Shown here: positions 32,601 through 45,170 of the stretch, one piece after another
Layout of the letters: each line of letters opens with the position of its first letter
How positions within the stretch are numbered: position 1 is the stretch's first letter
NCBI GenBank assembly: GCA_018398765.1
Contig: JAHBMJ010000525.1
Coordinates: 1 to 45,170 of the forward strand
Length of the DNA stretch: 45,170 nt
Source: Chromera velia
Taxonomy: Eukaryota
Direction: 5' to 3'
Notes under the pieces: generated by a model
Seen by the model: only the letters and a program-made list of their open reading frames with translations
The model's database searches: none
Told to the model about the DNA's origin: nothing
Translations under genes and position numbers: made by a program

Positions 32601-35600
32601 TTCATTGAAGGAGGAGACGGGAAGCCTGTGGGGAAGGAGGAGGCGATCGAAATGGTGGCAAGGATGGCAGAGGAGATCATGGAAGATGACGAGTGGGATG
32701 CGGACGGCAGGGGTGATGCTGCAAGTAGCATCCCTGACAGTCTCCCCTGCAATCTATGGGAGGGGGATGTTTTCATTTGTCGGACAGAACACGCGTACCT
32801 CGGTCGGGTTGCTTCTCGAAGTGTTCGGACAGGGGAGAAGGACGAAGAAAGGTGAACCAGGGGGAAGGGCTTGGCTCTGTGGGTGCATCTTTCTCTTTTT
32901 TCCTCGAGGGCCTTTTTATTCCCCTTTCTGTTGCCATTGTGTCCCGTGGTGTCAATAGAGGCCATGCACAGAGATGTCCCAGCTTTTTAGTTGAGTTCGT
33001 GGAATCATTCGGAAGAGAGAAGCTTACACAACCAGCAACAAAAACAAAACCCTCTCCGTGCGCACGGATGCGTGCAGGTTCCAAGAGGCCATGGCCACCA
33101 CCGAAAAGCCCACTGCCCCTGAGTTGATGGAGTTGCGGGGACGATCGCAGAGGTCAGCGGAGAGAGGAAGGGCAATCAAGCCGTGATCGAAAATTGATGT
33201 TCCAGAGCAAAACTTCCTTCATGCATTCGTTGGGGAATTGGCACGTCAGGTTGAATGACTTTCGTGTTTGTCTGTTCGTTCGTTCGTTTGTCTGCCCTCC
33301 TTTGTCTCTCCAAATGGTTTTGGTGATGCCTGTATGCAGCTTTGATTGGTTCCAAAGTTTGTTCGGGTGTACTGGGACTGCCAGGAAAGGTCAGCAATGA
33401 CAACTACATTCTGTTTTCCTTTCCTTTTTTTTTCTCTCTTGAGTCAGTCGCTCATAGAGGAAGAGGTTTAGAAGATACTCATTTTGGTGTGCTTGTGTTT
33501 ACACGCGTATCCATCTGTTTCTTTCAGACAGACTGTACATTGTGAGTGATCAGCGCCCGTTCTGAAACGTGCATGCTGCCTTCTGCTTCTGTGAGCTTCA
33601 CTGAAAAAAAAGTGAATTTCACACCGGGAGTGGTACGACGAGAGGGGGGGCGTCTCCCTTTCTTGAGCCATATACAGCCCTGCTTTTGGACCTAAATTGT
33701 TTTGCTCTCGATCTCTGTATGCAGACACCGCCCCATTGAGTCGGAGGGAGTGGGGGAAGTGGCTGAAGCGAGCATCGAACATGGAAGGCTTGGAGGAGAG
33801 GATTCTCCAGAAAGGCATTCGAGTGGCGTGTGGGAGTGGGTCCGTGGTGGATGGAGACACGGGGGCTCTTGCGAAACGGGCACTGGCGTTTCTCTTGGCA
33901 GCGATGCAGGGGGCTTTAGTGGAGAGGGGCGCGTATTTGGAAGATGCAGTCAGGGAAGGGGGGGGTGTCAGGGGTGATGGGAAGGTCTACAGGGGTGATT
34001 GGCGATTCATTTCTGTCAGTCGGGAGAGTGAGGAGGCAGGAGGAGAAACCGGAAGAGAGACTGACCGTCTGTCTGTTGCCGCGTTCTCTTCAGAACCCTC
34101 GGGGGACTCCGGAGAGAGCGCGATCGTTGAGGCATTAGGTGCGTCGGTTGGTTCCAAATTCATGAGATAAATGCAATCACTGGATGGATCTTTCTCCTCT
34201 GAAACCCAAGTCACGATCTTCTTTCATCTTCTCATTTTTTCATTTTTTGTCAGTCATTGCTGAGGTGTCGGGGCCGTCGCTTGACGCTCAAGTCTCCTTT
34301 TTGGTGTTTTGTTTTTGCCTCCTCTCTCCCTCTTTCTCCCCCCCCCTCCCTCTCTCTTATCCTATCAATCTCTCCCTTTCTCTCTCTTTCCCTTCCTGAA
34401 CCCCTTGAGCAATCGCGCCATCTATTAAGAGAAAGTCACGTGTTTCCCTGCATTTTCCTGTTTGCTTCCCTGCCCCCTCGATCCCTCATACCTCCTCCGT
34501 CAGGTCTGGAAGCTCCGGACCCCGACACAATCTCTCTGATTGGACATCGCAACATCGCTTTTGGTGCTGCCTTTTTTGGTCTGCGAGGAGCTACACGTGC
34601 TCTGAAGAAGTTGGAAGACTTCATTTTTGGACAACAGCAGCAGGGGCACCAGACTGTACCAGGAGGAGACACCAGAGTAGCAGCAGATGCTCAAACTTTA
34701 GCTCGGACACTTACTCGAGAAGGTCAAGGAGCAGCAGGACTTCGGAGACAAGGAAGGTCACACAGGGCCACAGCGGCTGGACCCCCTCCCCCCCCTCCTC
34801 CGGGGGGACCCAATGATGGCTCTGGAGAGGGGGGGGACAGTCCCAGACGAGCCCCGGCTCCTCCGCCCCCTCCTGCCCCCCCCCCCCTTTTGTTCCATGG
34901 AAATTCCCATGTAGACGTTTTCTTCTACCCAACAGATTCCCGATGGCAGTCCGGAAGTGCCAGGGCGGCCCAATTTGGGTGGCTCAGAAAGGCCAGAGGC
35001 TGGGGGGGAGAGGGAGGCGAAGAGACAGGGGGGGCAGTAGAGGCAGCCCAGGGGACCACAAAACCCAACAGGCCTCTCTTCATTGGAGCAATCTCGAGGG
35101 GAGTCCCACACGGTCAGTTCCATAAGGCAGATTTTACATTCAAAGGAAAGGGAAGAGATCCGATTCTGGGCTGCAATGAGTTGACTTTTTTTGGATGCAC
35201 AAATTTTCTTTGTTTCGTTTCAGGGAAGTGAACACTTTTGCGCTATATACATTCACTCTGTCTCATGATATCCGCCCTCAGACCCTGATAATTCCAGGGA
35301 GGGCCTATCGTTTTGTTGCCGCTGTCCGAGCTGCCTGGTATGCAAGGTGCACAGTAACTCTTCTGAGATTTCTCTGCTGTTAACAGTGATGAAGCCAAGG
35401 GTCTGTCAAAAGAAAACAAATTGTGCACACATTTATGTGAATCGATTTCAGGCTATGGTCACCTCTACTGGCCGAACGGTCGCGAGGCCCTGGTTGGTTT
35501 TTGGAACAACGGCGTCCTCTCCGGGGAGTGTCTTCTTCTTGCAGAGGACAGCGGACTGGTGATCGGGAAGTTGAAGATGGAGAAGGGAGAACCTGTGGGA

Positions 35601-36042
35601 CTCGCAAGGTCGGTCCGTGCAGACAACGATGGATGAAGCAACAGTCAGGTCTTATTGCTCAACATTCAGACACACAATGATAACAAAAGTCAGCATCGAA
35701 GAGAAAAAAGTACAGGAGAGTTCCGAAGATTCGAAAGGAGATCATTTGTGCGAATCGAGCCTGAGAAAAAAAGGTTGAAGCCAGTAAAGCAGCTAATAGT
35801 TGAAGGAGAGATGGGCAAGAAAGGTTCGCGTGAGAAGGAGTTCCATTTTTGTCGGCACGGATTTAAATATCAGGTCCTTCCTTGTCCTTCCTCTCTGACA
35901 TCTTTCTTCTCTTTTTTTTTATTCGATCCAATTTGTTTGCAGAGAAGTGGTTCATGAGGACCGGCGTCTGTTTTCTGGTTGGCCTTTCACGCACAGGGCC
36001 CTACCAATCGGAGGTCCTGTTTGCAGTTTTGAGCAAAGTTGA
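28398..36042 (+). CDS. Large hypothetical multi-exon protein with low-complexity middle and C-terminal MORN-like repeats (may be two genes)
   Basis: Phase-consistent exons 28398-28451, 28641-28799 and 29148-29219; unresolved exons at ~29530-31000; then 31087-31606, 31953-32802, 33725-34138, 34504-35112, 35452-35608 and 35943-36042. The spliced C-terminus LFIGAISRGVPHG|YGHLYWPNGREALVGFWNNGVLSGECLL resembles MORN repeats. Confidence 0.55.
29232..29514 (+). repeat. Intronic (CT)n followed by (TG)n microsatellite
   Basis: Direct observation. Confidence 0.95.
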
Positions 36043-37067
36043 CAAAACTTCATCTAAATCTCAAATAAAAACTTTTATTCTAGGCGTCGGCTAAAACCCG
36101 TTATTTTTTTTTATCAAACAGCTGTTGTTTAAGTACTGCACACGTGCTCTTCAATGTTTTTATGTGATAGTTGCGTATTTTAAGCCATTTTTGGTTCAAT
36201 TTTGTTTAATACTCCACGTTAAAAAGTTCAAGAGAAAGACAACAAACTAGACAAAAAAAAAACTTTCAAGTCGATCGTTTTTTTTTTTTTATCATAGCAA
36301 ATACCGAGGTAACAATGCATGACACTAAAAAGTTAGTAAAAACTATGATAAATACAAGAATAATTGAAGAATTGCTCTGTATTTTACCGTATCTTATATT
36401 CTTTTTACAATATATAGACCTAGATATAGGCGCGGTAAGGCGCGGTACTATCTTGCGCGGTATATACAACTTGGTAACACAGCGATAATATTAGGGAAAA
36501 ACTCAACACAGCCCGATCTTAGGTCAGACAATAAAACTTTCTAACATTATTACAAAAATGTAATTCACTAGGAAATTCAAGAGGCTATGTCTTCTAGTAT
36601 TTTTTTTTCTTTTATTTAACTTTTATAAAGCACATAATCTTTAACGTAAAAGAAAACATCTGGGCTAGCTGTCATTTCACATTGTTTTAAATTTTGTTTA
36701 ATTATACATAGCTCAAGACTTCAACTTAGTTTGTGGAAATATTTAGGTTTTTGCATGTCAATCAAGGAAAAAAGAATTTTTATGTCTGACATAATTTCAA
36801 GTTAGTTTGATTCATATACATAACTCGGTATATGTTAATGACCGTTCAATCAATTTAGTAATATTATTATCTTTTTTGATCAAATTTGATGTTCAATCCT
36901 ATCAAACAAAATCTAGCTAGCTACGTACTGTATACAAACGTATGTTGCCAGCGTTCCAAATTCGATAGAAAATGCAATTTTCCCAGGAAGGTTGACCGCT
37001 GTCTGCTGAGCGCTGCTTTCCTTGCTCTTGATTCTTGAGAATAAATTAAACAAAACAGAGAAAGAGC

Positions 37068-37641
37068 AGAGAAAGAAACACAACATAAATATAGAGATGG
37101 ACAAACAACCAGACATGCACACAGACAGACAAGTCCGCTGGCAAACAGAGCTGCCCTCCTGGACAGTCGTTAGAGTGCACGCAGGCCTCCCTATCATTTG
37201 ATTCAGGCTTGAACGTCCTTCAACCGGTCCTCCTGCTTCGCCTTCTCTCCCTGCGAAGACCGCAATACACCTCGCCAACCCACCAGATTTCACCTTCTCC
37301 ATCCCCCACATACTGATAGGAGCCTGCCCAATCTCTTTTACGGAAGCTTTCATTCTGAGTGAGCCCTGGAAACAAACATGCTGAAAACAGGCGAGGAGAG
37401 AGAAAGAAACACAACATAAATATAGAGATGGACAAACAATCAGACGTGCGCACAGACAGACAAGTCCGCTGGCAAACAGAGCTGCCCTCCTGGACAGTCG
37501 TTAGAGTGCACGCAGGCCTCCCTATCATTTGATTCAGGCTTGAACGTCCTTCAACCGGTCCTCCTGCTTCGCCTTCTCTCCCTGCGAAGACCGCAATACA
37601 CCTTGCCAACTCACCAAATTTCACTTTCCCTATTCCCCACA
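37068..37641. repeat. Near-identical direct duplication of ~240 bp (37068-37310 and 37399-37641)
   Basis: Both copies read AGAGAAAGAAACACAACATAAATATAGAGATGGACAAACAA...CTGCGAAGACCGCAATACACC...CCCCACA; offset 331 bp. Confidence 0.92.
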
Positions 37642-39316
37642 CACACGTACACACAGCCCTGGAAGCAAAGAGCGACGATGCAACAGAGCTCGGCCCCTGA
37701 TGATGCAAGCAAAATCTACATGCATGAGCTTGCAAGGCTGATCGATTTCTCGCTTTCTCTCTGCCAGACTCGGGGTCGCTCAGGGTGGTCTCGAAATCCA
37801 CTGACCGAGCTGCAAGAATCAGGAGTCTGAAAAACAGAAAGTACGAGGCAGATCCATTCATTCTCACACAGATTTTCTCTACCATTTTGAAGAAGACGCC
37901 TAGAAAAAAAGCTCCTCTCGTAAATCAATCGGCAACTAAGCCACAAAGAGACCCTCCTCAGAGGGTCAAAAGAAGACAGAAGGGGAGTGGAAGAAGAAGA
38001 AATTGAGAGAGGTGGGACTGAAAGACGAGACGGGGGGAAAGAAGGGAAAACGCATTTTCCTGAGTTTCATTTGTTGACTAGTCTCTACCATTTGACAAAA
38101 AACATTTCCCTTGCATGTCACTTGAAGCAGTGAAAACCGGAAAAGTCACTGACCCTCCTCAGAGGGGCTATTTCAAAAGAGTGTAAGGGAGGGGGAAGGA
38201 GCAAAGAATAGCGAGAAAAGATAAATGGGAGGGCCCGGGGTGGGGAGCGAGAACGACTGTAAGCTTTAGAGCAGAACGCATGCATGTTTCCTTCATTCAT
38301 TCATTCATTCATCGACGTACTAAAATTTTCTACCATGTTTTCAAACCAAAACAGAATTGATGGAAGAAGAGAGAGGGGTGGAAACAAAGAAAGAGTCGGA
38401 GAGAAAGACGAGGGGGGACGGTATACCTTCTCTTCTTTACGTTGATGCAAAGACAGAGAGATGCGTTGGGCACACCGTGAGAGAGCAACCATACACAAAC
38501 AACGGAACGGGCACAGACAAGAAAGAGACAGAGGCAGAAACCCAAAGAAACGGAGGCATCAGAATGAGTCCAACAAGAGACTCAGATTCGATCATTCCTA
38601 TCTGAATGAAGTGCTCTTTCTTCCAGCCTTTCTCGTTTTGATCCTCACCCTCTGTTTTTTTGCACTCCTTTGCCTCCTTCTTTGTTTGCTCTAACTGTTG
38701 CAGCCTTTCTCCGTCTGCTTGTCCATCAGATCTCCTGCTCATTCCTTCTCCATTCCCTATTTTCATTTTCCTTCAAGGAAAACGAGCTAAAAACAGGTGT
38801 TTCCAGCTGTACTCTTCTTCCACGTCTCTCTATTTCTTTTACTTTCACACCCCTGCGTCCTGTCTTCTTTCGCGCTTTTCTCGGTGGCACCGTCACAGTC
38901 AGCGGCAGAGAGATGTGAAAAGCACTGCGATAGCGGAGGGGAACTTGAAAAGGGACAAGAGCAAATCGAGAGAACACTTTTTCGATAGAGTTGAAATTTT
39001 CATTCCCCCCCCACGTACATCCTTCGATCACTCTTCTTTGACACGTGCCCCAACCCTCGGCAGCCCACTGGGCCCTGGGGCAGACCCTCCAGAGATCACA
39101 GGCGAGTTTCGATCGTCATCGCCATTGCCTCTCTGTTGTTCCGACTCCCGAGCTGCACTTTCTTTGGCAGCAGCCTCAGGTAGATCTTGCAGATCATGAC
39201 CCGAGAGACGGTGTGAGTCACTCGCATGAGGCGCCGAGCGCTCGACGGACACATCACTCTCTCTGCCCTGTTGTTGTGAACGTCGGGGCTCGCCTCGTTG
39301 CGCTCTTCAACTCGCT

Positions 39317-43405
<4,089 letters not shown>

Positions 43406-43574
43406 GGGGACATCTCACAACAATACTAACTGTCAAAATAAAACATAAGACAAAACCAGAAAATACAGTCACATGCGCTCACGTACAAGACTGTCAGAGC
43501 CATCCATACACTTTCCCCCAGCCTGTTTCGTCGAAACCCAGGTCAGAACGTCCTTTGTGTCTTTACCCGTCTTA

Positions 43575-43695
43575 ATGCATGGGCCCTATTTTTGTACGCG
43601 CGCGCGGCCAAAATCCTGCATGCCGATGCCGGGGCCCCATGCAGGCTGCCCGTAGGCTGCCCACAGCCAGCCCCCACTTGCAAGCTAGCTAGCTT
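43575..43695. promoter_or_regulatory. GC/palindrome-rich TGCATG element upstream of the kinase
   Basis: ATGCATGGGCCC, CGCGCGCGCG, TGCATGC, GGGGCCCCATGCA and GCTAGCTAGC lie ~170-290 bp upstream of the ATG at 43405; same motif vocabulary as 13783-13940. Confidence 0.35.
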
Positions 43696-45170
43696 CCAAA
43701 ACATCTCCAAAGATCTCTCAAGCATCCTCAAGTTCCCGACTGGCCGATCATGTTCATTGTTGCCTGATATGTCATACTTGGTTATGGTGAAGTAAGTTCT
43801 CCGAAAGGTTTTCGGGGGTTGGCGGGCGTATTGACTGCCGACACAGCGTCGCCGTCTCCACCAGGCATCTCCTAGCTCTCCTCCTTTGCCTTCCGCCATG
43901 CGCCGCAGGAGCGCCAGGCATGCTGCTAGGGTTTACTTGTCTTCATTGAGCTTCTGGGTGCAACAGGCCAGTTTTTTGTCAACATGATCTCCATTCGGTG
44001 TTTTGGGGATCGAGGTCCACGTACGGAGACGTGAGTCAGCCGTCGCGAGCTGGACCCCACGATTAGTGAGTTTGCGCAAGAAAGCAGAAGCCCCAAAGAC
44101 AACGGGAAAACGATAAGACCAATGTGCCGAGATGCAACAGTAGCGGAAGCGCAATGCGAAGGGCCACTGTGGGCTGCAAGGGCGAAAGGGAGCAGGGTAC
44201 GTCTCCAGGACTTTTCCGAACTCTAGTACGCTTTCACTCTACGCGCAGAAAGAAGAAGAAACAAATAGAAAGAAAGAGGAAAAGGTAAACAAGAAAGCAA
44301 CGAAAACGTACAGAAGGCAAGGTGTAGTCTGTCCGTCTGTCAGTTAGTCTGCTGGTCTCTTTTTGAAGAAAAAGAACAGAAAAGGACGTCATATCATACA
44401 GTCTATCTACCAGATTCTCTGTCTGCACGCCTGCCTGCCTGTTTCTTAGCCTGCCTGTCTCTAGATCTTTTCGCTCTCTGTCCTTGTCTGCCTGTGTGCC
44501 TGTCTAACCAGCCCTGTAGCTCTCCCTTGTGCGCCAGCACAAAAGAACACTCCCTTTCCCGCCCTGCATATCTCTATTGGCGGTGTTTGGCTTAGATGAT
44601 TGACGGAAGTATCTTTTGTCTTGTTGTGCACGCAGACGATGATGGTCCTTCGTTCCACCACCATGGCTACAAAGATCCTTTGTGAATTTCTTGTCAACTG
44701 AGCCCCGGCGTGATATGTCACTGACCCGGTTAAACTTTGCACACAGGGGGCGGGGGGGGGGAGAGGTAGGATGGGTCGGTTCGAAGGCAGAGAAAAAAAA
44801 AGGAAGCACTTTGTACACATCCCCCCCCTGCTTGCCCCGTGCGCCCTGCATGCCGTGTGAAATGGTCCAGTCTCCCCCCCGTACTACCTCAGTCCCTTCT
44901 ATCTCCCCCACCTCCTCCTTCTCGCGCCATCTCTTTCTGTCTGTATAGGACTGCCTGTCTCTCTGTGCGTGTGTCCCTGAATTTTTCTCTCTCGTTCTCC
45001 CCCTAGCTCTGCGTGCGTGCTGGCATGTGTGCCTGTGTGTTCAAATGTCTCTACCCGTCCCTCTCTATCTATCCATCCGACGATCCACTCGTCTGTTCGT
45101 TTTCCTTCCATCGAGGTGCCTCTATTCTCTATGTATATTCTTGCGGTCTGGGTGCCTCTATTTGTAGTCT

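Noticed and set aside
36050..36950. AT-rich island as a transposon
   Set aside because: No terminal repeats or target duplication found by eye; only three short GCGCGGTA copies near 36430-36462.

Overview
Eukaryotic, intron-rich genomic DNA, with GC-rich exons, microsatellite-filled introns and AT-rich intergenic islands. The style (GTCAG-type donors, TGCATG clusters, a long RNI-like LRR gene) suggests a chromerid alveolate such as Chromera; this is inference, not a database match. Most ORFs in the supplied track are microsatellite or antisense noise. Manual splicing supports six genes in alternating orientation: (+) a putatively secreted protein with two internal helical repeats (5989-8805); (-) a divergent HemY-type protoporphyrinogen oxidase (~10154-13103); (+) a frameshifted LRR gene (~14000-19189); (-) a complete 11-exon, 1069-aa CLC anion transporter (21063-27638); (+) a large hypothetical gene ending in MORN-like repeats (28398-36042); and (-) a Ser/Thr kinase interrupted by two in-frame stops (~39317-43405). 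Two non-autonomous TIR transposons sit in AT-rich islands: pogo/Tc1-like with a TA target duplication, and PIF/Harbinger-like with a TTA target duplication. The most notable observation is the CLC. It keeps both the gating and proton glutamates but has lost both canonical anion-coordinating side chains (GSGIPE->GGGIAE; central Tyr->Asn), which suggests non-standard selectivity or coupling.
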